NCBI GenBank assembly: GCA_963666765.1
Contig: OY762933.1
Location: 527,773 to 591,772 of the forward strand
Reading direction: 5' to 3'
Length of the DNA stretch: 64,000 bases
Source of the DNA: Gammaproteobacteria bacterium
Lineage (GTDB): Bacteria > Pseudomonadota > Gammaproteobacteria > Steroidobacterales > Foliamicaceae
In this document: piece after piece, positions 55,305 through 64,000 of the stretch
Numbering within the stretch: position 1 is the stretch's first letter
How the letters are laid out: each line of letters opens with the position of its first letter
Translations under genes and position numbers: made by a program
The notes under the pieces: model-generated
Database searches by the model: none
Seen by the model: only the letters and a program-made list of their open reading frames with translations
What the model was told of the DNA's origin: nothing

Positions 55305-56348
55305 ATGCCCACCAACGTCACGCAGGAATACAAGAAGGCCGAGCAGGCGTTTCGCGAGGCGAGGGAACCGCAGGATCGCCTGCGCTGCCTGCGCGAGATG
55401 CTGCGGCTGATTCCCAAGCACAAGGGTACCGAACACGTTCAGGCGGACATCAAGACCCGGATCAAGCAGCTCACCACCGAACTGTCCCGTCCGCGCAAGG
55501 GAGGCGCGCGCTCCGGACCCGCGCATGCCGTGCGCCGCGAGGGAGCGGCGCAGGTGGCGATGCTGGGCGCGCCCAACGCCGGCAAGTCGCAGTTGCATTC
55601 GGCCCTTACGGGTTCGCAGTCCACTGTCGGCGCCTGGCCGCACACTACCGAAACCCCGATACCTGGAATGGCCCCGTATCACGACATCCATTTTCAGCTC
55701 GTGGACCTCCCTCCTGTGGCGCTTGAGCGCACCCAGCCCTGGCTGGCGACCGCGTTGCAGCCGGCCGACGGCGCGCTGCTGGTGGTCGACATCGCTTCGC
55801 CGGACTGCGCGGAGGAAATCGGAATCGTGCTGGACAAGATGGCTGAAAAGCGCGTGACTTTCGTTGCCGACTGGCCGGGGCTTCCGGATCCGCGCAAACG
55901 CCGCCGAAAGAAGCGGAAGGCCCGCAAGCAGGAGACCTTCGAGGACCTGTTCCGCATCCGCCTCCCTGCCCTGCTGGTGGCCAACAAGATCGACCTGGGC
56001 GAATACCGGGACCGGCTGGACGGTCTAAGCAGAAAGCTCGGTTTTCCGGCGCTTGCCGTATCGGCCGAGGCGGGGGAGAACCTGGACGCCATACCCGAGT
56101 TCCTTTTCCGGGGCCTGGGCGTGGTGCGCGCCTACACCAAGACGCCCGGCAAGCCCCCCGATCTGGGACGCCCCTTTACCTTGCGCCATGGCGCCACGGT
56201 GAGCGAACTGGCCTCACTGGTGCACAAGGACATCGCGGGCAGCCTGAAGTTCGCGCGCATCTGGGGCGAGAAGGTTTATGACGGTCAGCAGGTGAGCCCC
56301 CGCCACCTCATCCACGACGGCGACATCCTGGAACTCCACCACCGGTAG
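55305..56348 (+). CDS. DRG/Rbg1-like (OBG superfamily) GTPase with C-terminal TGS domain
   Basis: IPKHKGTEH....K.RI (DRG HTH region), GAPNAGKS, QLVDLP, NKID, and TGS region R.YTK.PG...VHKD...KFARIWG....GQ.V...H...DGDILELH. Confidence 0.88.
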   Translation: MPTNVTQEYKKAEQAFREAREPQDRLRCLREMLRLIPKHKGTEHVQADIKTRIKQLTTELSRPRKGGARSGPAHAVRREGAAQVAMLGAPNAGKSQLHSALTGSQSTVGAWPHTTETPIPGMAPYHDIHFQLVDLPPVALERTQPWLATALQPADGALLVVDIASPDCAEEIGIVLDKMAEKRVTFVADWPGLPDPRKRRRKKRKARKQETFEDLFRIRLPALLVANKIDLGEYRDRLDGLSRKLGFPALAVSAEAGENLDAIPEFLFRGLGVVRAYTKTPGKPPDLGRPFTLRHGATVSELASLVHKDIAGSLKFARIWGEKVYDGQQVSPRHLIHDGDILELHHR

Positions 56349-56367
56349 CCTTGTATTGCTAACCCGC

Positions 56368-56462
56368 GCCATTTCTCTCCTCCCCCTGTTGAGAGGCGCC
56401 ATCCTGGCTCGGTTCCGCCATCCTGGCTTCAACGCTCTCCACAGGGGGAGGAGAGAAATGGC
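56368..56462. repeat. Long hairpin element (28-bp stem, 39-nt conserved loop), copy 2
   Basis: Arms 56368-56395 and 56435-56462 pair with 1 mismatch. The loop matches copy 1. Confidence 0.8.
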
Positions 56463-56473
56463 TCTACCTGCGC

Positions 56474-57139
56474 TCAGGCGCCGGGTTTGAGGACGGACAG
56501 GACGGCGATGGCGGCGATGCACAGCCAGAGCAGTCCCAGCAGCGCCGTGGCGCTCGCGTAGTTCCTGCGGATTGCGCTCTCGCGCGCGGAGTTGGAGCCT
56601 TCCGCTTCGATCTGCCGCCAGATGCCGAAGAACTGGATGATGTAGAAGCGGATGCCAATGCCGCAGGCGATCACTGCGCCGAAGAGGACGAGCTTCCAGG
56701 CCAGCCATCCCTCAAGTGATATTGACCCGAATCCCGCGGCCAGGCCGGCCACGACCAGCACAGCCATCAACACGTAGCGCATGAGGCGATCCAGCAACGC
56801 CAGTTGTTTTCCGGCGGCACCGTGCCTCAAGCGGTGAACGGCCTCGACGAAGGTCAGCCAGGCCAAAGTTGCAAAGCCCGCTGTCCACGCCAGCGGCGCA
56901 CCGCCGGGAAAGTAGCCCAGCAACGCCGAAAGGACGGTGCCGAGGCCCACCTGCAGGACCAGCGCATACCGAACGTGCTGATCCACGTCCATCACATGTT
57001 CCATCAGCCGTTTGCGCTCCTCGAAAGGCATTGATGCCGCCCGGCAGACAAAGCGGAATTCGCTGTTGATGACGAACTCGGCGCCCAGCCAGTAGCCGAG
57101 CACTGCGATATGTATTACGAGGAGCAGGTTGATGAGCAT
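56474..57139 (-). CDS. Uncharacterised multi-pass membrane protein (H-x5-YWLG family, paralogue 3)
   Basis: HIAVLGYWLGAE, DVDQHVR and WLAWKLVLFG. Confidence 0.8.
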   Translation of the reverse strand: MLINLLLVIHIAVLGYWLGAEFVINSEFRFVCRAASMPFEERKRLMEHVMDVDQHVRYALVLQVGLGTVLSALLGYFPGGAPLAWTAGFATLAWLTFVEAVHRLRHGAAGKQLALLDRLMRYVLMAVLVVAGLAAGFGSISLEGWLAWKLVLFGAVIACGIGIRFYIIQFFGIWRQIEAEGSNSARESAIRRNYASATALLGLLWLCIAAIAVLSVLKPGA

Positions 57140-57154
57140 GCGTGGTTCCGGTTG

Positions 57155-58132
57155 TCAGTCGATTGCTTCCAGTACGGTCTGGTTGGCCGCCGTTTCCGGA
57201 AGGCCCATATACGGTCGAGTGCTGTAGGCGTCATCCAGCCGGCTCAGCAGCGCGTCGGGGAGCGTAATCCCGGCCGCGGCCAGTGCATCCTCGATGTGTT
57301 CTATGCGGGTCGCTCCGACGAGCGGAGTCGTGACGCCCGGCCGGGTCCACAGCCAGGCCACAGCGGCATGGGCGGGCTTGATGCCGTACTCGTCCGATAC
57401 CGCCGCCAGCACGTCCAGCACCTTGTCGCGGGGTTCGCCGTACATCTGGTCCGCGACATCGTCCGTCCTTGCGCGCGGTGTGGATAAGGGATCACCCGGA
57501 CGCGCAAGCCGGCCGCGTGCGAGCGGACTCCAGGGCAATGCGGCGATTCCCTGGTCCAGGCAGAACGGGAGCAGATCGCGTTCTTCCTCGCGATACAGCA
57601 GGTTGTAGTGGACCTGCACGGCCTCGAACTCGGGCCAGCCGTTCGCCCGGGCGGCGAAATTCATCTTGGCCAGCTGCCAGGCGCGAAGATTGCACGCCCC
57701 CAGGTGGCGCACCTTGCCGTCCTGCACCAGCCGGCCGAGTGCTTCCATCGTTTCCTCGACGGGGGTCTTCTCGTCATACAGGTGTATCTGCAGCAGGTCG
57801 ATGGCCTCGACACCCAGGCGCTTGAGCGATGCCTCGCATGACGCGCGCACGTTGCGCGCGGAAAGGCCCCACTCGCCGTCGCCGACCGGGAAATAGAGCT
57901 TGGTTGCGACGATGACGCGCTCGCGCGCCGCGGCCTCGCGCAGCATGCGTCCCAGCACCCGCTCGCTGCGCCCGGTGGAATACACGTTGGCGGTATCGAA
58001 AAAGGTGATGCCGAGTTCGAGCGCCCGGGCGAGTATTTCCAGGGACTCCTGCTCGTCAAGTACCCAGGGCCGCCAGCGGCTGGACCCGAAACCCATGCAG
58101 CCGAGCGCGACCCGCGGCAGGGAGAGGGGCAT
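57155..58132 (-). CDS. Aldo/keto reductase (YajO/aryl-alcohol dehydrogenase-like)
   Basis: LGCMGFG, FFDTANVYS.G.SE, IATK, SLKRL..E.IDL.QIH, YNLLYREEER and PWSPLARG. Confidence 0.92.
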   Translation of the reverse strand: MPLSLPRVALGCMGFGSSRWRPWVLDEQESLEILARALELGITFFDTANVYSTGRSERVLGRMLREAAARERVIVATKLYFPVGDGEWGLSARNVRASCEASLKRLGVEAIDLLQIHLYDEKTPVEETMEALGRLVQDGKVRHLGACNLRAWQLAKMNFAARANGWPEFEAVQVHYNLLYREEERDLLPFCLDQGIAALPWSPLARGRLARPGDPLSTPRARTDDVADQMYGEPRDKVLDVLAAVSDEYGIKPAHAAVAWLWTRPGVTTPLVGATRIEHIEDALAAAGITLPDALLSRLDDAYSTRPYMGLPETAANQTVLEAID

Positions 58133-59385
58133 CAGATTTGCTTGCCGAGGACGGGTTCGGCGTCCGCAGGGGTTGCGTCGCCGTCGATCAACGGGTCCCC
58201 GGTCGGCACGCCCAGCCGAATCTTGCCGGTCGGCGCCATGGATTGCTCCCAGTTGAGCTCGATGTGCGTGGATATGGCCCGGCAATCGCGGTACAGCCGC
58301 TGCACGGGGTTGGAGGCCTTTTGCCCCGTAACGCCCATCATGGCGGCCAGTGAGTCCGTAGTGGACGCGCACAGCCGTGCCCCGAAGGTCACCAGCCGCC
58401 GCATGCGCAGCAGCCGCTCGCCGACAATCTCCTCGCCTGCCGCGCCGGCGGCGTGAAGGTCCCGAATCACTTCCTGGAACACCAATTCCGCGGCGTCGAG
58501 CTGCGCGCAGGCTTCACCGACGCGAACCTGAACCGGCGCCTGCGACACGATCGATTCCCTGAACAGCTTTCCCGTACGAGTCCGGGTTTGCGCACAATAG
58601 GACTCCAGTGCCCCCCGAGCCGCGCCGAGCAGCGGCCCCTGGAACCAGCTTCCCTGGTAAGGAAAAGTGCGAACGCGGTGCACGTAGCTTTCCGCAATCG
58701 CGGCGCCCGGCGGGTCCATGCTGGCGAACTCTTCGATGGTCACGACGCGCCGCGCCGGCAAGTACACCTGGTCGGCCGACACGTCATGGCTGCCGGTGCC
58801 GCGTAGGCCCTCGACGTGCCAGGTGTCGTGCACCTGGTACTCGCCCGGGAGCAGCAACGCGAAGTGCGAAATCCCGCCTTCGGGGTCCTCGCGGGCGGTG
58901 ACCATCACGCCGCTTGCAACATTTATGCCGCTGACAAACGCCCATCGCCCCGTCAGCTCCCAGCCGGAGCCGTCGCGCTGAATAGCGCCCCCGCCGGCCG
59001 AGCCGGTCGCCAGCACGGCGTCGTCGCCGGCGCTTGCGAAGAACTCGTCCTGGGCCTCCGGCAGGAACCGGGCCACGAACATCACGTGGGAAAAGACGAG
59101 TGACACCAGCCACCCCGTCGATCCACACTCTCGCGCGAGCCGCTCGCTCACGGCGAAATGAGGGCCCCAGTCGAGCGCGTAGCCCCCGTAGCGGCGAGGC
59201 CGGTACAGCTTGTGAAACCCGGCCGCCCTCAGCGCCTTGACGACCTCCGGAACGGGATCGCGCAGCTGCTCGGAGAGGACGGCATTCTCACCCACAATCG
59301 GAGCAAGCGCCTCGGCGGCGGCAGCCAGCTCAGCCGGCGTCGGCACTGATGAATCCTTTGGGGCCGGAGCAATCTTGCGGGACAT
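58132..59385 (-). CDS. Acyl-CoA dehydrogenase-fold flavin-dependent monooxygenase (HsaA/C2-HpaH-like)
   Basis: PRRYGG, CGSTGW, G.W.F.SG, DTW.V.GLRGTGS.D and QR.YRD...ISTH. Confidence 0.85.
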   Translation of the reverse strand: MSRKIAPAPKDSSVPTPAELAAAAEALAPIVGENAVLSEQLRDPVPEVVKALRAAGFHKLYRPRRYGGYALDWGPHFAVSERLARECGSTGWLVSLVFSHVMFVARFLPEAQDEFFASAGDDAVLATGSAGGGAIQRDGSGWELTGRWAFVSGINVASGVMVTAREDPEGGISHFALLLPGEYQVHDTWHVEGLRGTGSHDVSADQVYLPARRVVTIEEFASMDPPGAAIAESYVHRVRTFPYQGSWFQGPLLGAARGALESYCAQTRTRTGKLFRESIVSQAPVQVRVGEACAQLDAAELVFQEVIRDLHAAGAAGEEIVGERLLRMRRLVTFGARLCASTTDSLAAMMGVTGQKASNPVQRLYRDCRAISTHIELNWEQSMAPTGKIRLGVPTGDPLIDGDATPADAEPVLGKQI

Positions 59386-59453
59386 CCTGAATACCTGGAA
59401 AAGAAGCCAGGCAAAAATGATAGCCCGGGGTCCTCGGTCGCGGCGCCGGACCT

Positions 59454-61034
59454 CTACAGCCCGAGCGCGCCGGGATTGAACAGGTTCTTCCCATCGACCG
59501 CCTTCTTGATCGCCCCCAACAACTCCGTTGCGGCAGGATCGCGATCGCGCAGCAGCGGATACTGCTTTCCCACCTGCAAGTGGCCTGCGCCATAGCGGTG
59601 ATACTGCTCAATCGCCGCCTGGCGCATGGCCTGAACCAGCTCGGCGCCGGCCGGATTGGGCGGGTACGATGGAATCGAGCTTCTGTAAGCCTGATCGAGG
59701 ACCGTGCGGTGATAAACGCTTTGCTCGTCCTTCCAGTAGAAGGCCGGCTCGTACAGAAAGGATCCTGCGCCCAGCGAAGAGAAAATCAGCCCTGTGTGAA
59801 CGCCGTGTTCGGTCATGTCCTGCCGCCGGCTTGCGAGGTACTGCCTGAACTCGCGGTGGAACGCCAGGACCGACGAGGCCGGCAGTATCCCGTGCACCGG
59901 CACCCATCGTTCGCCCGCCGGCCCGAGAACATTGTGAAGTGGCGCGAAAGGCGTCGCGTATACGACTAATGGCACCGAATTGGGAATCTCCCAACCATTC
60001 TGAAGCGCCAGCCGGCGCACTAGCCGCACTTTACTGCGGATCTCCCCGGCGGACTGCCCTTCAAGTATGTAGTGCGCCGCATAGGGTGCGGCCGATAGCG
60101 CCCTGCTGCCCGACAGACCCATGCGTAAGACCTGCAGGAGCCCGCGCACCGGGCTGTGCGACGCGGCCATGACGGATCTGGCCATCTCAAGGCGCGTTGA
60201 CACATCGCCGCTCTTTCCGATCTGTCCCTGCTGCAGGGCGCTGTCGAGGGCAAAACACTTTTCTTCGACCACATGCCCGGCAATGCCTGACATTGCCTGT
60301 ATCGCGCCTTCGAATGTCCCGAATCCGAAGGAAAGGCAACCGGACCTGGGCCGCGCTTTCATTAATTTCAAGGTAATCCGCGCCTTGAAACCCAGCGCGC
60401 CGCAGTCGCCTGTGAATACCGCAGTCAGGTCCGGCCCGTAATGGCGGAAGAAAGGAACCCCGGCCTTTGACCCGGCCTGCCCGGTCCTGATGATCCGCCC
60501 ATCGGCCGTGATGACCTCCATGGCCAGCACACTTTCACAGGACACGCCCCAGGTGTTCGTGCCCAGTCCCAGGGCGTTCTGACTGATCGAACCGCCAACG
60601 GTAGCCGCAAGCCCGGAGAAGGGGCCCCGAAACGGAGAGCGTATTCCGCGTGCTCCTAGCGCCTTATCCAGTTCGGCCCAGGTTACGCCCGGCTCGACCG
60701 TCACGAACATGTCCTGCTCGTTGATCTCGACAATGCGATCCAGCCGTCCGGCATCGATCAGGATTGCTCGCGCGGTGGTCGGAAGATAGCCCGCCGTGTA
60801 CGACGCCCCGCCGCCTCGCGGCACAATGGCAACGTCGTTGGCGTAGGCACAGGCGATTACTTTCCGCGCTTCCTCGATCGAGCCCGGGCGAACGACGGCA
60901 ATCGGGATTTCGAGGCGCCGGTAAACGTCCGTGGCAAAAAATTCCCGCCTGTCGTCGACGATCAGATGATCACCGCCGACAATCCGGTCCAGGCGCTGCA
61001 GAAACTCGTTCCCGGCGGTCTCCGGCGGCGGCAT
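59454..61034 (-). CDS. FAD-linked oxidase (VAO/GlcD-type)
   Basis: IVPRGGG.SY, VEPGVTW, ATVGG and C-terminal H.QVGK...K..VD....FNPG. An alternative in-frame ATG lies at 61082. Confidence 0.87.
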   Translation of the reverse strand: MPPPETAGNEFLQRLDRIVGGDHLIVDDRREFFATDVYRRLEIPIAVVRPGSIEEARKVIACAYANDVAIVPRGGGASYTAGYLPTTARAILIDAGRLDRIVEINEQDMFVTVEPGVTWAELDKALGARGIRSPFRGPFSGLAATVGGSISQNALGLGTNTWGVSCESVLAMEVITADGRIIRTGQAGSKAGVPFFRHYGPDLTAVFTGDCGALGFKARITLKLMKARPRSGCLSFGFGTFEGAIQAMSGIAGHVVEEKCFALDSALQQGQIGKSGDVSTRLEMARSVMAASHSPVRGLLQVLRMGLSGSRALSAAPYAAHYILEGQSAGEIRSKVRLVRRLALQNGWEIPNSVPLVVYATPFAPLHNVLGPAGERWVPVHGILPASSVLAFHREFRQYLASRRQDMTEHGVHTGLIFSSLGAGSFLYEPAFYWKDEQSVYHRTVLDQAYRSSIPSYPPNPAGAELVQAMRQAAIEQYHRYGAGHLQVGKQYPLLRDRDPAATELLGAIKKAVDGKNLFNPGALGL

Positions 61035-61124
61035 TCTCCGTCTCCCGGGGCAATCAGGACCCGCGGGCCCCGGCGGCGGCATTCTCCGTCTCCGGGGCAA
61101 TCAGGACCCGCGGGCCCCGGCGGC
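61022..61124. repeat. 48/47-bp tandem duplication of the MFS-stop/RBS/start junction
   Basis: CCGGCGGCGGCATTCTCCGTCTCC(C)GGGGCAATCAGGACCCGCGGGCC x2 plus a partial third unit. Confidence 0.85.
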
Positions 61125-62432
61125 CCCCGTGCGCGGCATGAAGCGCAATCCGGCCCACAGGATTAGTCCCGCTACCGTTATCAGTGAGGTGCTGACCACA
61201 GCGATGGAGCGGCTGATCATCATGGGATCGCCCAGGACATAATCCGTGAACAAAGCGATGAACCAGGGTCCGCATCCTTGCCCGATCAACGTGCCGGCAA
61301 AGGTGTATACAGCCACAAGCTGCCCCCTGATCTGGTTGGGCGCCAGGCTTGGAATCGCCGCTATCGCCGCCCCGAATGACATGGTCCCGAAATAAGTGAG
61401 CGGCACGACCAGGACCGCACTCCCCAACCCTGAGCCGGCGAGTGCAAAGCCGAGTACCAAGGGTATGGTGATAGCGGCGGAAATCAATGGGGTGATGATG
61501 AAAGTCCGGGGTCCGAATCGGGTGAACAGCCTGTCGCACAACCACCCGCCCGATACCGTGCCTGCGGTGGCGCAGACCAGGAACGCGGCGCCGTACAGCT
61601 GACCGATTTCAGAGGCCGTCCATCCGTAGGTACGAATGAAGAAAGTGGGAACCCAGGCGGTCAAACCGTACTGGAAGGCATTGATCAGCGACATGCCCGC
61701 GAAGATGGAAATCCACATGGCCTTGTCGCGGCGCAGGAAAGCAAGCGCTTTCGCCAGCGACATGCTCTCACCGCGCCGTCCGGCCAGACCGCGCCGCGCG
61801 GGCTCGCGAACGAAGAAGAACAGGCCGAGAAACAGAATGCTGGGGATACTTGCGAAACCGAAAGCGAGTTGCCATGACCGCACGTCCCCTACCAGCGGCA
61901 GGGTGAAGAACTCGGTCGTCGGCAATCCGCCGATTACGATGCCTCCCAGCGCGAGCGCCAGCCCGGAACCGACAAAGCTTGAGGCCGTGACGGTGCTGGT
62001 TGCCAGCGCGATTTTGCCGGGCCTGAAGTAGTCGCTGAGTAGGGAAAAACCGGCCGGAACAAGCGCTGCCTCGCCGAGTCCCACGAGCATGCGGGCAACA
62101 AACAGCGACCAGTAGCCGTCAGCGAGCATGCACCCGAGAGTAGCCAGACTCCAGGCCACCACGCTGAGTGCGATGAGCTTGACCCGGCTGTAGCTGTCCG
62201 CCAGCCTTCCAGCGGGAATGGCCATGCAGGCGTACAGCATGGCAAAGGCAAAACCGAGAAGCAGGCTTACTTTCGTGTCGCTGAGCTCGAAAGTCAGCCG
62301 CATGGGCTCTACCAGGAGATTGATGACCATCCTGTCAATGTAGCTTCCGATCTGCAGCAGGGAGATCGTGACCACGACGAACCAGGCATAGGCTGGCCGT
62401 GCGTCGGGGGCGTCGGGGGCGCGTTCGGACAC
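61101..62432 (-). CDS. MFS transporter (spinster-like)
   Basis: YIDRMVINLLVEP, GRLADSYSR and ARMLVGLGEA, about 12 TM helices. GTG start inferred. Confidence 0.9.
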   Translation of the reverse strand: MSERAPDAPDARPAYAWFVVVTISLLQIGSYIDRMVINLLVEPMRLTFELSDTKVSLLLGFAFAMLYACMAIPAGRLADSYSRVKLIALSVVAWSLATLGCMLADGYWSLFVARMLVGLGEAALVPAGFSLLSDYFRPGKIALATSTVTASSFVGSGLALALGGIVIGGLPTTEFFTLPLVGDVRSWQLAFGFASIPSILFLGLFFFVREPARRGLAGRRGESMSLAKALAFLRRDKAMWISIFAGMSLINAFQYGLTAWVPTFFIRTYGWTASEIGQLYGAAFLVCATAGTVSGGWLCDRLFTRFGPRTFIITPLISAAITIPLVLGFALAGSGLGSAVLVVPLTYFGTMSFGAAIAAIPSLAPNQIRGQLVAVYTFAGTLIGQGCGPWFIALFTDYVLGDPMMISRSIAVVSTSLITVAGLILWAGLRFMPRTGAAGARGS

Positions 62433-62433
62433 T

Positions 62434-63591
62434 TCAGATAACGACGCTTGTTGCGTCGTAATTGAATAGCTGCGTCTGCAGTAATTCGTGAATGGTATCG
62501 CCAGGTTCGGGCCTGCGATGTTTTCGTTCCCCTTGAGCCGCCGACTGCTCGACGGTTTCATTGGCGCGCGGCAGGCGGGCCGCCTCATACTTTGCCAGCG
62601 CGGTTGCGGGGTCATCGTATTCGGCAAGCGCCCGCGCAAGCACAAAGCCGTCTTCAATCGCTATGGACGACCCCTGCCCCAGGAAGGGCAGCATGGGGTG
62701 GGCCGCGTCGCCGAGCAGTGTCGCGCGTTCCCGGGTCCAACGTGGGAGCGGGCTGCGGCCGAACAGTCCCCATTTGTGGCAATGTCCACCCCGCGTGTTC
62801 TTGATGATGTGGATAACCTCGGGAGCCCACCCCACAAAGTTTTCCAATACTTCGTCAATCCCGGCACCCACAAACCAGCCTTCATCCGTCCATTCGGCCC
62901 GCTGTGCGAAAGCCACGTAGTTGACCAGCTCCTTGCCGCGTATCAGGTAACGCGTGAAATGCCGGCCCGGCCCGCTGAAGGTGGCGGATGATGGAGCAAT
63001 CAGGTTGTCGGGCAGACGGTCAACGGGCGTCAGGCCGCGATAGGCCACATATCCCAGGTAACGGGGCTTGTCGGGGCGCCACAAAAGGTCGCGCATCACG
63101 GACTTGATGCCGTCGCAACCGATGAGCACTTCGCCTGTGGCGCTGGAGCCATCGCCAAATCGGGCTTCAATCGAGTCATCGTGGCTCTCAAGGCTGACAA
63201 AATCCTTGTTCAAGTGAATCGCGTCGGGATCGTTGCCCAGTACCGTCCCGGTTAACAGGGCGTGCAGGTCCGCACGGTGAACCTGATAGTAGGGTGCCCC
63301 GTACTGTTCTTCGTAGTTGACGGATTTATCCAGAGTGCGGACTTCACCGGTATCGAAATGCTTAGTGCACAGCGCTTCCGGGCTGTTGCATATCTGCTCG
63401 AGTTGCCGCCGCAGCCCCAGAGCAATGAGTACGCGCGTCGAATTCGGACTCAGAGAGATGCCTGCGCCGACCTCTTCCAAAGCGGGGGCCTTTTCGAAAA
63501 CACGGCAAGGCAAGCCGAAGCGCTGCAGGCCGAGCGCGGTGACCAGTCCACCGAACCCGGCGCCCACAATGATTACGCCACAACCTTGCAT
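62434..63591 (-). CDS. FAD-dependent monooxygenase (salicylate/3-hydroxybenzoate hydroxylase-like, group A)
   Basis: GAGFGG, EVGAGI, HRADL, GCDGIKS and LLGDAAHPMLP.LGQG...IED. Confidence 0.9.
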   Translation of the reverse strand: MQGCGVIIVGAGFGGLVTALGLQRFGLPCRVFEKAPALEEVGAGISLSPNSTRVLIALGLRRQLEQICNSPEALCTKHFDTGEVRTLDKSVNYEEQYGAPYYQVHRADLHALLTGTVLGNDPDAIHLNKDFVSLESHDDSIEARFGDGSSATGEVLIGCDGIKSVMRDLLWRPDKPRYLGYVAYRGLTPVDRLPDNLIAPSSATFSGPGRHFTRYLIRGKELVNYVAFAQRAEWTDEGWFVGAGIDEVLENFVGWAPEVIHIIKNTRGGHCHKWGLFGRSPLPRWTRERATLLGDAAHPMLPFLGQGSSIAIEDGFVLARALAEYDDPATALAKYEAARLPRANETVEQSAAQGERKHRRPEPGDTIHELLQTQLFNYDATSVVI

Positions 63592-63617
63592 CGCGCCCTT
63601 CAATTGCCTATGCCGGT

Positions 63618-64000
63618 TCAGTCCGAGTCGGGCGGAGTGTAAAACTCGAGAATGGCCCCGTCCGGCGTTCTCACGGAGAACAGCGTGACGATTCCATAGG
63701 GCGCCACGAAAAGTGACAGTGGTTCCGTGTAGGGAACGACATCCCGCGCCCGCAGTTCGTCGGCGTAGGCTGCCGCGTCGGCTACCGGGAAACGGGCGCA
63801 AAGGTAGCCGACATTTGGAGCGACGCAACGGCCTGCAAAATCGCTCCCGTCCAGCTCCTTGATCTCAAGAATCTGAACGGAACCATCATTGGCGCCTTCC
63901 GGGTGCAATATGCTGACCCGGCGCCGAAGCCCGCGGGCAATATTGGCGGGAATGCCCAGCATGTTTCGGCCCGGCTCCTCCTTGTCTTCAACCACGGTCT
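63618..64000 (-). CDS. VOC/glyoxalase-family protein, C-terminal part (truncated by window)
   Basis: C-terminal F.VRTPDG..LEFY, typical of a VOC repeat. Co-oriented with the monooxygenase operon. Confidence 0.6.
   Translation of the reverse strand, partial: TVVEDKEEPGRNMLGIPANIARGLRRRVSILHPEGANDGSVQILEIKELDGSDFAGRCVAPNVGYLCARFPVADAAAYADELRARDVVPYTEPLSLFVAPYGIVTLFSVRTPDGAILEFYTPPDSD

Noticed and set aside
61022-61124. Possible CRISPR array
   Set aside because: The units are directly adjacent with no unique spacers, and there are no cas genes in the window.
1-64000. tRNA, rRNA or transposase genes
   Set aside because: None was recognised in the intergenic regions or the ORF track. A covariance-model scan was not possible.

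Overview
High-GC (~65%) Gram-negative chromosomal DNA, most consistent with a gammaproteobacterium given the ccmF-I genes, the fabG-acpP-fabF-mltG-tmk-holB-pilZ block and gspG-M. The window spans the replication terminus: a 28-bp Xer dif site lies at 9045-9072, and KOPS (GGGNAGGG) polarity and gene-strand bias flip around it. Housekeeping content includes cytochrome c maturation, a desaturase with a cfa/DUF1365/FAD-oxidoreductase lipid cluster, fatty-acid synthesis, partial type II secretion, AddAB, ETF and PyrB. Five accessory signals stand out. (1) A co-oriented cluster of pyrB, two Ntn acylases, a signal-peptide-bearing M14 carboxypeptidase fused to an argininosuccinate/EDDS-lyase-like domain, and a TonB receptor. 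(2) A CpcT/CpeT-like + HapK/RedY-like + MaoC operon facing an OYE reductase with an altered active site, possibly for pyrrole/bilin catabolism. (3) Three paralogous uncharacterised 'H..YWLG' membrane proteins. (4) A two-copy ~95-bp hairpin with a conserved loop and unrelated 28-bp stems. (5) A MITE with a TA target duplication, a REP-like family, and a DRG-type GTPase. No rRNA, tRNA, CRISPR array, transposase or prophage was recognised. Family assignments come from motif recognition, not database searches.
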